Shown here: positions 18,168 to 27,404 of the stretch, one piece after another
Layout: the number at the start of each line of letters is the position of its first letter
Position numbering within the stretch: position 1 is the first letter of the stretch
From: a candidate division WS1 bacterium
GTDB lineage: Bacteria > Armatimonadota > Zipacnadia > Zipacnadales > Zipacnadaceae
Reading direction: 5' to 3'
Length of the DNA: 45,218 nucleotides
Assembly: GCA_012523355.1 (NCBI GenBank)
Contig: JAAYIR010000045.1
Span: forward strand, 1 to 45,218
The notes under the pieces: model-generated
Told to the model about the DNA's origin: nothing
The model's database searches: none
What the model saw: the letters and a program-made list of their open reading frames with translations, nothing else
Program-made: the position numbers and the translations under genes

Positions 18168-19430
18168 TTAGGAACCAGTCGGACTGACCGCGGTCACCTT
18201 GAGACCGGCCCAGAACGACTGCAATAAGGGTTTCGCCTCTTCCTCGCCGCCGGGCGGCACGGCCGCCGTGAGCACAAGCCCTTGCCCTTGACTGATCAAG
18301 TAGTACCTGTCGTAGGTCCTGCCCTCTCCCTGAAGCACAAAATGGTGCGCCGTGACCTCTCCTAGCATGCCGATTTCGTCCTTCACGCTGGTCAAGGCAG
18401 GAACTCGCGCAGTAGCAGCGGTGACAAAATCCGCCAGTGAAGTCCCCTCCTTCAGAGGTTCCAGCGACACTGTAAAGGCAAGCTGTCCCTCTCCGGCTTT
18501 GGGCCCCAGGAGGAATAGCTTGATCTGCTCAGCGTGTTCCTCCGTGCGGGTGCTGCGCTGCCAGCCGGGCGGTATGGTGAGCGAGAGTCCTGCCAAGGAG
18601 ACAGTCTCTGGCTGCGCCGCCGCGGCCGGAGCACCAGTAGCGGGTGCGGGCTGTGCCGGACGAGGACCTCCAGGCTGCTCTTCCGGTGCAGGCTTCTGGC
18701 TGACCTGACTAAGCGTTCGCTGCTGCTGCTGGTACAGCTGCCCATCTCGATAGCGCTTGAGATCCTCCAGCAGGTTCTCCATCCTGATAATCAAACGGTC
18801 CAACTCCTCCGCCGGGACAATAGCTTCATAGATCTCCACTTCCCCCATCTCCACGCACTTGTCGGAGCCATGGTTGGAGGTAAGCAGCAAGCGTATGTAA
18901 CGCGCTTCGGTAGGCGGAAAATCAAAGGTCTGTTTGACCGCCCGATTTACCACCTTGTATCGTCCGATGGTCTTCCAGGGACCGTTAGCATCAGTGACGG
19001 AAGCCTCGAGCGTGAAATCCTGCACCCAGCGGCCGATGAAGGACGGGTCGTCAGTAGTAGGGTCAATGACGATGCGACTGATGAGCCGCGTGACGTCCTT
19101 GCCTGTCCGAGGATCGGAGAAGGCCAAGACTATCCATTGGGGCCGTTCATCGGAGGGAGGCACCTGGGAGGACCAGCCGTAAGAATCGGCAGGCGTGTAG
19201 CTCCCCACGACGTACTTGCCGTCAATGAGGTTGGAGGCTTGCCACTCAGGGATGGGTTTGCCCTGCTCATCCAGAGACTCGCTGGAGAAGCTGACAATCC
19301 GGCCACCATTAGCTGCAGCGGCGAGGTTTGTGTTGCCCGCCACAGCCGGCAGGTCCGCCGCCAGCAGCGGCGACCAGGAAGCGAAGGTCAAACAGGTGAG
19401 CGCGGACAGAAGCAGGCTCAGGTATCTCAT
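18168..19430 (-). CDS. Secreted protein: discoidin/F5-8 type C-like domain plus PsbP-like C-terminal domain
   Basis: Signal peptide; NLAAAANGG, SNLIDG, PQWIVL, ARYIRLLL, EVEIY; Gln/Pro/Ala linker; LTIPPGW opens the second domain. Confidence 0.7.
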   Translation of the reverse strand: MRYLSLLLSALTCLTFASWSPLLAADLPAVAGNTNLAAAANGGRIVSFSSESLDEQGKPIPEWQASNLIDGKYVVGSYTPADSYGWSSQVPPSDERPQWIVLAFSDPRTGKDVTRLISRIVIDPTTDDPSFIGRWVQDFTLEASVTDANGPWKTIGRYKVVNRAVKQTFDFPPTEARYIRLLLTSNHGSDKCVEMGEVEIYEAIVPAEELDRLIIRMENLLEDLKRYRDGQLYQQQQRTLSQVSQKPAPEEQPGGPRPAQPAPATGAPAAAAQPETVSLAGLSLTIPPGWQRSTRTEEHAEQIKLFLLGPKAGEGQLAFTVSLEPLKEGTSLADFVTAATARVPALTSVKDEIGMLGEVTAHHFVLQGEGRTYDRYYLISQGQGLVLTAAVPPGGEEEAKPLLQSFWAGLKVTAVSPTGS

Positions 19431-19465
19431 TCTCGTCACTCCTATGGCATCATCAGTCTACGTGG

Positions 19466-21304
19466 CTAGGGGCCCTCGCCCGTCGTCGGAACTGGGAAGG
19501 TGAACTCCTGGAGCTTCTCTCCCTCATGATACACGACGATCGAGGTATTGCCCTCCCCAACGATGGTGATGGTTTTCTTCATTGCCGGATCAATGGTGTC
19601 GTCGAGCACCAGCTTGGGCCCGCCGGTTTCATCTCGCCGGACCACCTTGATCCTCTGAGCGCTCCTTTGACCGGTACCGGTGATCGTGAGCAAATACCGT
19701 CGCTGGCGGGGGTTGGCTCCCTCAAAGGTGGTGTCGGGCTTGCAGGTCACGACCGGCGGGGGCTCACTCATGGCGGTGGCCTCCGCCGTCAACTCTTCCT
19801 CTTCAGGAACGACTTCCGGCTCTGGACCTTTACTGAGCGTCACATTAATGGTCGTGCCCTTCTCGACTCGGGTGCCGGCCTCAATGCTCTGCTCCAGAAT
19901 CTCACCGGTGGGCACCGTGGGGCTAAAACGCTCGGCGATCTTGCCCAAGAGCAGCCCCGAGCGGCGCAGCAGTTGGGCGGCCGCGTCGCGATCACTGCCA
20001 AGCAGATCGGGGACAGAGGCCACCTCCACCCCCTTGTTGACGACGAGGGTTATTGGAGACCCTGCTCGGATCATCTCTCCCGCGGGCGGGGATTGCTCGA
20101 GCACAGTACCAGCCGTGGCTTCGGGGTCTGAACGGTAGGTTACGCCGGCGAGTTTGAGGCCGGCCTCGGTGATAGCTAAACGCGCATCGGCCTCAGAACG
20201 GCCCTTCAGCTCCGGCACCTGAACCAACTTGGCCATGGCACCGGGATAGAAGGCCACATAGACGAGCCAGAAGGTGGCCACCAGCGCCAACAGCACCACC
20301 AGGACCGCCAAGAGAGTCCCCCAGACCAAGGAACCATCCGTCTTCTCGGCGGAGCGCACTGCTGGGCGAGGCCGCGGGGCAGGCACCTGAGGCGGTGGGG
20401 AGGGTGGGGCCACGGGCACCTGGAGCAGCATAGTGCGCTCTTCGCTGCGCGGGATGACCCCGGTCCGCTCCAGCTCCTCTCCGGAGAGCAGCTTGCGCAG
20501 GTCGCCCAACATCTCTTCGGCTGTCTGATAGCGGCGGCTGAGATCCTTGGCCAGTGCCTTGCGGACCACATACTCCTCGGCCGGCGTGACCGCGGGGTTG
20601 ATCTCTCGCGGCGAGGGAACGCGCTCATGCACGTGCATAGCCGCGACCTGGGCCGCGCTCTCTCCGATGAAGGGCGGGCGTCCGATGAGAGCCTCGAATA
20701 ATACACAGCCCAGGGAATACAGATCGGATTGCGGCCCTACTGGCCGGCCTTGTGCCTGTTCCGGCGAAATGTAGGCGGCGCTGCCCACCACCAGGCCGGG
20801 AGCCACGGCTCCGGTCTCCCCCGCTGCAGCGGCGATGCCGAAGTCAGAAAGCTTGGCGATGCCTTCTCTGGTGAACAAGATGTTGTGGGGTTTGACGTCA
20901 CGATGGACCAGGCCCTCGGCATGGGCATAGGCGAGCGCCTGGCAACACTCGATGCCGATCTGGGCCACTACCCGACCCGGAAAGGGGGCCCGGCTCTTTA
21001 TGCTGCGTTTGAGATCCGGTTCCGGCAAGTACTCCATCACCAGGAAGAAGAGGCCCCGGCTTTCGTCCTGGCCGGTATCATAGATCTGCACAATGTTGGG
21101 GTGATTAAGCTTGGCTGCAGCACGCGCTTCACGGCGGAAGCGGGCCACGACCTGCGGGTCCTGCGCGAGCTCTTCGCGCAGGATTTTCACTGCCACCGGG
21201 CGCTCCAGGGCGGTATCCCAGGCACGGAAAACCGTGGCGAGGCCACCCTCGCCAATCTTCTCCTCAAGCCGGTATCTACCGGCGAGCATATTGCCTTCCG
21301 CCAT
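19466..21304 (-). CDS. pknB: PASTA-domain Ser/Thr protein kinase (PknB/PrkC family)
   Basis: GEGGLATV, VAVK, HRDVKPHN, DFG, YISPEQ, one TM, two PASTA repeats (VPELKG, VPDLLG). Confidence 0.92.
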   Translation of the reverse strand: MAEGNMLAGRYRLEEKIGEGGLATVFRAWDTALERPVAVKILREELAQDPQVVARFRREARAAAKLNHPNIVQIYDTGQDESRGLFFLVMEYLPEPDLKRSIKSRAPFPGRVVAQIGIECCQALAYAHAEGLVHRDVKPHNILFTREGIAKLSDFGIAAAAGETGAVAPGLVVGSAAYISPEQAQGRPVGPQSDLYSLGCVLFEALIGRPPFIGESAAQVAAMHVHERVPSPREINPAVTPAEEYVVRKALAKDLSRRYQTAEEMLGDLRKLLSGEELERTGVIPRSEERTMLLQVPVAPPSPPPQVPAPRPRPAVRSAEKTDGSLVWGTLLAVLVVLLALVATFWLVYVAFYPGAMAKLVQVPELKGRSEADARLAITEAGLKLAGVTYRSDPEATAGTVLEQSPPAGEMIRAGSPITLVVNKGVEVASVPDLLGSDRDAAAQLLRRSGLLLGKIAERFSPTVPTGEILEQSIEAGTRVEKGTTINVTLSKGPEPEVVPEEEELTAEATAMSEPPPVVTCKPDTTFEGANPRQRRYLLTITGTGQRSAQRIKVVRRDETGGPKLVLDDTIDPAMKKTITIVGEGNTSIVVYHEGEKLQEFTFPVPTTGEGP

Positions 21305-21326
21305 CTGATCCAAGTTGCTTATCCTT

Positions 21327-22721
21327 CTATCCGCCCAGCAAGAGGCGTAGCACTTCACGTGCAAGGGGCCCAGCCGTCTCGGCGCCGGACTCGCCGCCCT
21401 CGACCACTACCGCCACAGCCGTGGTAGGATGCTCCACCGGAGCATAGGCCAACATCCAGACGTCCGGCTTGCCCTGTGCCTTTTGGGCCGTACCAGTCTT
21501 GGCCGCAACACTAACCCCGGGGATCTGCATGACCCCTGCCGTGCCCTGTTCCACGGCCGCGGACATCATACCTGCTACCTGAGCTGCCGTTGCCACGCTG
21601 ATCGCCCGCCCCGCCTCCTGAGGCCTCGCAGCCGAGATCACGTGCCCGTCAGCGTTAAGTATCTCCGCGACCAGATAAGGCTTGGGCACAACACCCCCAC
21701 GCGCAAAGGTCGCCGTTAGCCGCGCCAGGGCCAACGGCGTGACCATGGTCTGCCCCTGTCCGTAGGCAGTGTGCACGAGGAACTGTGTTCCTTTGGAGCC
21801 TAGGAGATCCGACATGCGTCCTGGTTTGCCCGGCAGCTGCAGCAGAGGATCATCCAACAGGTGGAAACGCCGCATATAATCACGGTATGCTTCCGCTCCG
21901 ATCTTGGCTCCCACCGTGGCAAACGTAATGTTACAGGACTGCGCCAGGGCGTCAGTAAGGGAGAGCTTGCCGTGAGCTCGGGGGCAGGCCACGCGCGTCC
22001 CGGCGACTCGCTCATCACCAGAGCAAGTGAACTCATCCTCCGGCGCAAAGGTATGCGTTTCCAGAGCAATGGCTGCCGTGGCTATCTTGAGCACAGACCC
22101 CGGCGTATACAGACCCTGGAGCGCGCGGCATAGTTCCGGAGAGAAAGGGTCAGTCCGGAAAACTTCAAAGGCCTCTACTGAGGCCAGGACCGTAGGATCA
22201 TAGGCCGGAGCACTGACCAGCACCTGGAGGGCACCATCTTGCGGATCGATGGCTACCACGGCTCCGCGGCGGCCACGGAGCATGCGCGTGGCCAAGCGCT
22301 GAGCCTCAGCATGGATGGTCAACTTCACATCACAGCCGCGGGACCGTCCCCGCCTGAGAAGATGCCAGGGATTGGCATAGCGCCCTACGCCGAGCAGGGG
22401 TTCACGCAGAGTGCGCTGAAGACCTGTGCGTTCGTTGTAGCCGGTCAGGTGACAGAAGGTCTCTGGCTCTGGATAGGAGGCGCGCCAGACACCCTGCTCG
22501 CGTCGAGACCCAAGGACTACCGTAGTTCCGTCCGCGGCATAAATGTTGCCCGGCTCAGTCAAGCTGAGCCGGAGCGCGGCCCGTGAGTTGTTGGGGTTGG
22601 CCTGCAGGTGCGGGGCGGCGACTACCTGCCAGTATCCCGCGGCCAAGGCCAGTATGACGAAGGCGGTCAGCCACACAAGAGCCAAGCGACGGATCTGCGG
22701 ACCGTAGGTGCTCACGAACAC
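21327..22721 (-). CDS. pbpA: Class B penicillin-binding protein (PbpA-like transpeptidase)
   Basis: SxxK (SVLK), SxN (SCN), KTG motifs; N-terminal TM. Confidence 0.9.
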   Translation of the reverse strand: MFVSTYGPQIRRLALVWLTAFVILALAAGYWQVVAAPHLQANPNNSRAALRLSLTEPGNIYAADGTTVVLGSRREQGVWRASYPEPETFCHLTGYNERTGLQRTLREPLLGVGRYANPWHLLRRGRSRGCDVKLTIHAEAQRLATRMLRGRRGAVVAIDPQDGALQVLVSAPAYDPTVLASVEAFEVFRTDPFSPELCRALQGLYTPGSVLKIATAAIALETHTFAPEDEFTCSGDERVAGTRVACPRAHGKLSLTDALAQSCNITFATVGAKIGAEAYRDYMRRFHLLDDPLLQLPGKPGRMSDLLGSKGTQFLVHTAYGQGQTMVTPLALARLTATFARGGVVPKPYLVAEILNADGHVISAARPQEAGRAISVATAAQVAGMMSAAVEQGTAGVMQIPGVSVAAKTGTAQKAQGKPDVWMLAYAPVEHPTTAVAVVVEGGESGAETAGPLAREVLRLLLGG

Positions 22722-23515
22722 TCATCCTCCGGACGATACTGCTCGAGCCAGGCTGGCAGGTCGAAGCCCGTCAGGCCCTGGCTGCGCAGGAACCAGAAGC
22801 CCTCCAGAACACCGGCGGGGCCAGGACGACTCGCGAGATAGCCGCCCTTGCGCCGCACCAAATCCTGGATAGTCTGGTGCGCGTCAGCAGGCGCCACCGG
22901 ATAGCATAGCTCCAGCATGGAGACGTCATTGACCCCTTCGCCAAAGGCGACGAGATTCTCCGCAGAGAGGCCCAGCTTGCTGGCGACCGCTTGCACTGCA
23001 CGTCCCTTGTTGACCCCGATCTGCAGGATGTCCACTGCCGAGTCTGGATGGACTTCTGGCGCGAGCTGTAAGCCGTGAGCTCGACAGAGGTCCTGCACCA
23101 GGTGGAGTACATGCTGTGACTTGCTCAGATCCCGATCGCGAGGGAAGATGGTCACACTGGCGAACTTGGGCTCCTCGTAGTATTCCGACTCACTCAGGCA
23201 CCCGTCCCACAGCAGCCGACGCAGCATGTTGACGTCGTTGAGATATTCGCCCTCAACCTCGAACAGCAGGCGGCTCCAGTCATAGAGGGTGGCCCCATTC
23301 TCACCGATGACCCATCCCGTAGCCTCCAGGCCCAAGCCCCGAGCCATGCCGCCCAGGTACTCATGGAGCTTTCCCGAGGCAAGCACCTGGGGCACACCGG
23401 CTTCGTCCAATTCAGCCACGAGGCCGCGCAGCATTCGGGGCGGTGGCCGGAAATGGTCGGCAAGAGTGCCATCAACGTCGTAAACGATTGCACGCAGGGA
23501 CAGGGTCACGGGCAC
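22712..23515 (-). CDS. HAD-superfamily type IIB (Cof/SPP-like) phosphatase
   Basis: DVDGT, ASGK, GENGA, GVNKG, FGEGVND. Confidence 0.9.
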   Translation of the reverse strand: MPVTLSLRAIVYDVDGTLADHFRPPPRMLRGLVAELDEAGVPQVLASGKLHEYLGGMARGLGLEATGWVIGENGATLYDWSRLLFEVEGEYLNDVNMLRRLLWDGCLSESEYYEEPKFASVTIFPRDRDLSKSQHVLHLVQDLCRAHGLQLAPEVHPDSAVDILQIGVNKGRAVQAVASKLGLSAENLVAFGEGVNDVSMLELCYPVAPADAHQTIQDLVRRKGGYLASRPGPAGVLEGFWFLRSQGLTGFDLPAWLEQYRPEDECS

Positions 23516-23530
23516 GCAAACACCACGCTC

Positions 23531-24766
23531 TCAGGTGGCGCTGTTGCGCGATATCGCGAGCAACAGCGCTACGGCGACAAAATTCATCAGCATAGAGGTC
23601 CCCCCATAACTGATGAAGGGTAACGGCAAGCCGGTCAGCGGAATGAGCTTCAGCACTCCGCCAACGATAATGACCGTTTGCAGGGCAAACATGGCGGTGA
23701 GACCCGCGGCCAGTAGCCCCTCGAAGGACTCCCGGGCTCGAAGAGCTATCCGACTGCCGGCCCAGATGAATAGAGCATAGACCAACAGCGTGCCCACTGC
23801 ACCAGCCAGGCCAAGGTCCTGGCCGAGTACAGCAAAGATCAGGTCCGTGCTGGCTTCGGGCAGGTTCTGGCCGGTCACGGGCATGACACCGAGTCCCATC
23901 CCACCGAGACCACCCTCGGCCAGAGCAAAGAGCCCCTGGGCTGGTTGGTAGCCCGCAGAGTTGTAGGTCTGCCAGGTATGCACCCAGGCCTCCACGCGCC
24001 GGGCCACATGTGGAAAATGCCACGAGGCCACATAAGCTCCTCCACAGAAGAGCGTGGCACTGACCACGACATGAACTGCGGAGCCCGTCGCGAGGTACAC
24101 CAGGGCCACGAACAGCCCAAAGAACAACACCGCCGTGCCCAGGTCTCTTTGCCCAACGAAGAGCGCCAGGCACAGGACGACCATCAGGGCCATGGGGGCG
24201 AGATAGCGGCCTTGCAGAAGAGAGAACCCGGACGTGCCACGGCGTGAGACACGGAGCAGGGGCCCCTTCTCGGCAATATACCCCGCCAGGAAGATGACCA
24301 TCAGTAGCTTGGCGATCTCACTAGGCTGGAAACTGACCCGTTCAAACAGGCTCAACCACAGCCGTGCACCGTTGCGTTCGACTCCCCAGAGGACCGTGAC
24401 CAGCATGAGTACCACGGCCGCGGTTCCAGCCAGGTATTTCCAGTTTTTGAGATGACTGGCACGTTCCACGAGGTAATAGGTGGACACGAGAACAGCAGCA
24501 CCCACGACAACCCACAGAATCTGCTTGGCCGCCAGAACGCCATTGATTCGCGACAGAAGGATGACGCTCAGGCTGGTCAAGAACGCTACCAGAGGCAGGA
24601 GAAGCCGATCCCGCGCAGCGCCCTGCAGGTCCAGGAGAAGGGCCGCCAGTATCACAGCTCCAATGGCAGCCAGGACTCGAAGCGCATGTCCCCATTGACT
24701 GCTCACCAGCATGGTGAGTGCCATGCCGAGGGCGGCGATAACCGCGACAAGCAGGAGCAAGCTCAA
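23531..24766 (-). CDS. rodA: SEDS family peptidoglycan polymerase (RodA/FtsW)
   Basis: NGARLW, FQPSEIAK, QRDLGTA, TDLIFA, LTGLPLPFISYGGTS; start uncertain. Confidence 0.93.
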   Translation of the reverse strand: MSLLLLVAVIAALGMALTMLVSSQWGHALRVLAAIGAVILAALLLDLQGAARDRLLLPLVAFLTSLSVILLSRINGVLAAKQILWVVVGAAVLVSTYYLVERASHLKNWKYLAGTAAVVLMLVTVLWGVERNGARLWLSLFERVSFQPSEIAKLLMVIFLAGYIAEKGPLLRVSRRGTSGFSLLQGRYLAPMALMVVLCLALFVGQRDLGTAVLFFGLFVALVYLATGSAVHVVVSATLFCGGAYVASWHFPHVARRVEAWVHTWQTYNSAGYQPAQGLFALAEGGLGGMGLGVMPVTGQNLPEASTDLIFAVLGQDLGLAGAVGTLLVYALFIWAGSRIALRARESFEGLLAAGLTAMFALQTVIIVGGVLKLIPLTGLPLPFISYGGTSMLMNFVAVALLLAISRNSAT

Positions 24767-24818
24767 TTCAAAACGACGGCTGCTGGTGATGCCGGCACGC
24801 TCCTTAGCGAAGGGTAGG

Positions 24819-25550
24819 TCAACGGCCGCCAGGGCTTGGTTGGGAGTACCTCAGCACGGTGGTGCCAATCGTGATCTCATCCTCATCACGCAGCACCATA
24901 TCGGTGTCCACCTTGCGTCCGTTGAGCAGGGTGCCATTCGTTGACCCGCGATCACGCAAGACTCGCCGACCGTCCTGGAGGAAGATCACGGCATGCTGCA
25001 TGGAGGCGAACTGGTCGGGCAGGACAATCGCGTTGTAGTCGGCGCGCCCGATAGTGGCGGCTGCCAGCAGGGGGTACTCGTGCCCCACCGGTATTTCAGG
25101 CGTCTGAGAGTGGATGACCACCAACTTGGCGGTGTCAGTTCGTGCCTCGGTCTGTCGCGGCACCCGTCCGGACTGGAGGGGAGCTGCCGGGACAGCCGCA
25201 CTCGAGGGCGTGGGCTCCTCCTGCAGAGCCTCGCGCAGCGCCGGAGACATCCCCGCGGCCAATGAACCGGAAGTCTCTCCGCTTGAGGGCGTGGGCAGCG
25301 GCATCTGTGCTACCGGGGGCTGCGGCCGCGGCCTTGGCGGGGCGACTGCGACAGAGCCTGGACGCGGCTCCTGAGCAGATGTGGGCCCGGGGGCTGTCTC
25401 GCGGCGGTACACACGAGGGCCCTCCCGCACGGGAGCACGTTCTCCTTCCTGTACCATTCCCTCACGAATCAGTCCTCGGTATACCACAAACACAAAGAGG
25501 TATATGAGACCGACAAACACCCATTTCCCAGCCAGCAGAGCTAGTTCCAT
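24819..25550 (-). CDS. Membrane-anchored FHA domain protein (FhaB/FipA-like)
   Basis: N-terminal TM, Pro-rich linker, IGR...S..HA...GSTNGT FHA motif. Confidence 0.9.
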   Translation of the reverse strand: MELALLAGKWVFVGLIYLFVFVVYRGLIREGMVQEGERAPVREGPRVYRRETAPGPTSAQEPRPGSVAVAPPRPRPQPPVAQMPLPTPSSGETSGSLAAGMSPALREALQEEPTPSSAAVPAAPLQSGRVPRQTEARTDTAKLVVIHSQTPEIPVGHEYPLLAAATIGRADYNAIVLPDQFASMQHAVIFLQDGRRVLRDRGSTNGTLLNGRKVDTDMVLRDEDEITIGTTVLRYSQPSPGGR

Positions 25551-25555
25551 GATTT

Positions 25556-26224
25556 CTACCGCACGTAAGAGAACCTCATCTGGACCAACCCTATCTCAAT
25601 CAGCTCGCCGCCACTCAGCAGTATACGATCGACCTTACGGCCGTCAACAAAGGTGCCGTTACTACTGCCCAAGTCCTCGAGAAGGTAGCCGGAATACGTC
25701 CACACCAGACGCGCATGTCGGCGTGAGATGGCAGCGTCCTCCAAAGGGAGACAACACTCCTCTGACCGCCCGATATCGGCCTCGCCCACAAACTCCAGCA
25801 CGCGGGGCTCGATTCCTGAGATCACCTCGAGTCGTGCAGGAAGGGAGTGGTCTGCAAAGTCGGCCTCGACACGGACTCGACCAGTCGCCAATCTCTGGTC
25901 GGGCTCCAGCTTCACGGTAAGCACTGGACCCACGAGACAGCTACGTTCAGCAGCGAACTCCGAGAGATACTGGGATAGCTCGTTCTCCAGCTCTCGCGCC
26001 ATCATCCCCAACAACCTCAGGTCGTCCGGCGAAAGCTTAACACGGTACTCGTTGGGCGCAATAGTGCCCTCAAGCCCCTGCATCTGCCGGTGATCCATAG
26101 CACGCGCGAGTTCAGCGGCAAGCTCCAGAGGCTCGAGTTTACCCGGCAACAAATGCCCTACACTCTCAACTGCAGTGCGCAGTGTGTCCTCCAAACGCTC
26201 AAGAACGCGCCGAGCTGCCCCCAT
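25556..26224 (-). CDS. DUF3662 + FHA domain protein (FhaA-like)
   Basis: LEPLELAAELARAMD, APNEYRV; IGR...ISRRHA...GSSNGT. Confidence 0.9.
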   Translation of the reverse strand: MGAARRVLERLEDTLRTAVESVGHLLPGKLEPLELAAELARAMDHRQMQGLEGTIAPNEYRVKLSPDDLRLLGMMARELENELSQYLSEFAAERSCLVGPVLTVKLEPDQRLATGRVRVEADFADHSLPARLEVISGIEPRVLEFVGEADIGRSEECCLPLEDAAISRRHARLVWTYSGYLLEDLGSSNGTFVDGRKVDRILLSGGELIEIGLVQMRFSYVR

Positions 26225-26233
26225 ACTGGCGTG

Positions 26234-26262
26234 ATTATATCAGAATCCCCCGGAACTGTCAC
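26234..26262 (-). promoter_or_regulatory. Promoter of the fhaA-pknB cluster
   Basis: GTGACA-17 nt-TATAAT with extended TG; only 9 nt between the -10 and the ATG. Confidence 0.75.
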
Positions 26263-26439
26263 ACTGAGCCGCGCAACGGGGTCCTGTCTCGATTCGCCGC
26301 ATTCCGCACAAACATGATATTATGCACGGACATCCGTTGCACCATTCTTGAAACATAGGGAAACGTACGTTCTAGGACGGGCGCGTCTCACCTGCATTCC
26401 CTGCCTCACCCTCGGCTTCTGGCTGCACGTCTGACAGGT

Positions 26440-26468
26440 TTGACTCATCCCCGTTCCTCTGCTATACT
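26440..26468 (+). promoter_or_regulatory. Promoter of rpsR
   Basis: TTGACT-17 nt-TATACT with extended TG. Confidence 0.75.
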
Positions 26469-26540
26469 CTGCACCGTTTGCGGAGAATCACCTCTGCGGG
26501 TTCTCCCCTTAGTCCAAGCAAACTCGAATGGATGATGAAG

Positions 26541-26816
26541 ATGGCACGTAACGTGGATCGCGGTGAACGTGGAGGCGAACGTGGAGGCCGGGGGCAGCAG
26601 CGTCGCGGGCGTCGCAGACATTGTCAGTTCTGCGTCTCCCGAGTGGAGATCATCATTGACTATAAGAACGTGAATATGCTCCGTCAGTATCTCGATGATC
26701 GGGCTCGCATCCGGAAGGCGCGGCAGACGGGCACCTGCCGCCGGCATCAGAGCCGTCTGGCCAGTGCGATCAAGCGTTCCCGTGAGATGGCCCTGCTGCC
26801 TTACATAGCTGACTGA
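26541..26816 (+). CDS. rpsR: 30S ribosomal protein S18 (zinc-binding C+ form)
   Basis: CQFC, IDYKNVNMLRQY, TGTCRRHQ, AIKRSREMALLPY. Confidence 0.96.
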   Translation: MARNVDRGERGGERGGRGQQRRGRRRHCQFCVSRVEIIIDYKNVNMLRQYLDDRARIRKARQTGTCRRHQSRLASAIKRSREMALLPYIAD

Positions 26817-26878
26817 CCAGAGAGTTTTCGCGACGGCGGGCGGAGGCCAAGGCTGTCTGCCGTTAGAAAGTCTCCCTA

Positions 26879-27133
26879 CTACTGCTTCGAGGGACGAATG
26901 AGCACGCCTTGGTCGGTGCTCTGGATCTCGATGCTCTGTTGCTCCCCTGGGGCGGTCTCCTGGCGGACAATGATGCTCTCGTGCGGCGGCATACCCCGGT
27001 ATTCGGTGGTGGGGCGTGACGGTGTCCCCCGCACGCGGATTCCCTTGTCTGCCGGCTGAGCCAGACGCAAGGCTGCCCACACGCCACCCACGAAGAGCAA
27101 CCCACAGATCAGGACGGCCCACAAGCGCTTCAT
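26879..27133 (-). CDS. Small exported or membrane-anchored hypothetical protein
   Basis: MKR plus a hydrophobic stretch typical of a signal or anchor; no family recognised. Confidence 0.55.
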   Translation of the reverse strand: MKRLWAVLICGLLFVGGVWAALRLAQPADKGIRVRGTPSRPTTEYRGMPPHESIIVRQETAPGEQQSIEIQSTDQGVLIRPSKQ

Positions 27134-27404
27134 TCTTCTCCGGTTCGGTGACCGGGGCCTCAACATGGTTCAAGCATAGCACAGTACCCAGAGGCGCCAC
27201 AAGCTCCAGTGCAAGTGAAGAGACCTACGATAGTCGCGAGTGTCCAGTGTGCCATGGCCGCTGACGGTCACTGAGAGGTACCCGCACGGGAGGTACACCA
27301 AGCCCAGACATCGAAGGGTGGCGATTGTGAGGGCCAAGCCTTCTTCGCTCCAGGCGCCTCAGGCTGAAGGAACCCCCTACCGAGAACGACAGTCTTCACA
27401 ACAG

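Noticed and set aside
20770-20850. Kinase activation loop lacking the usual TxT pair (AAAGETGAVAPGLVVGS)
   Set aside because: All catalytic motifs are intact and one Thr and one Ser remain; too weak to claim altered regulation without an alignment.
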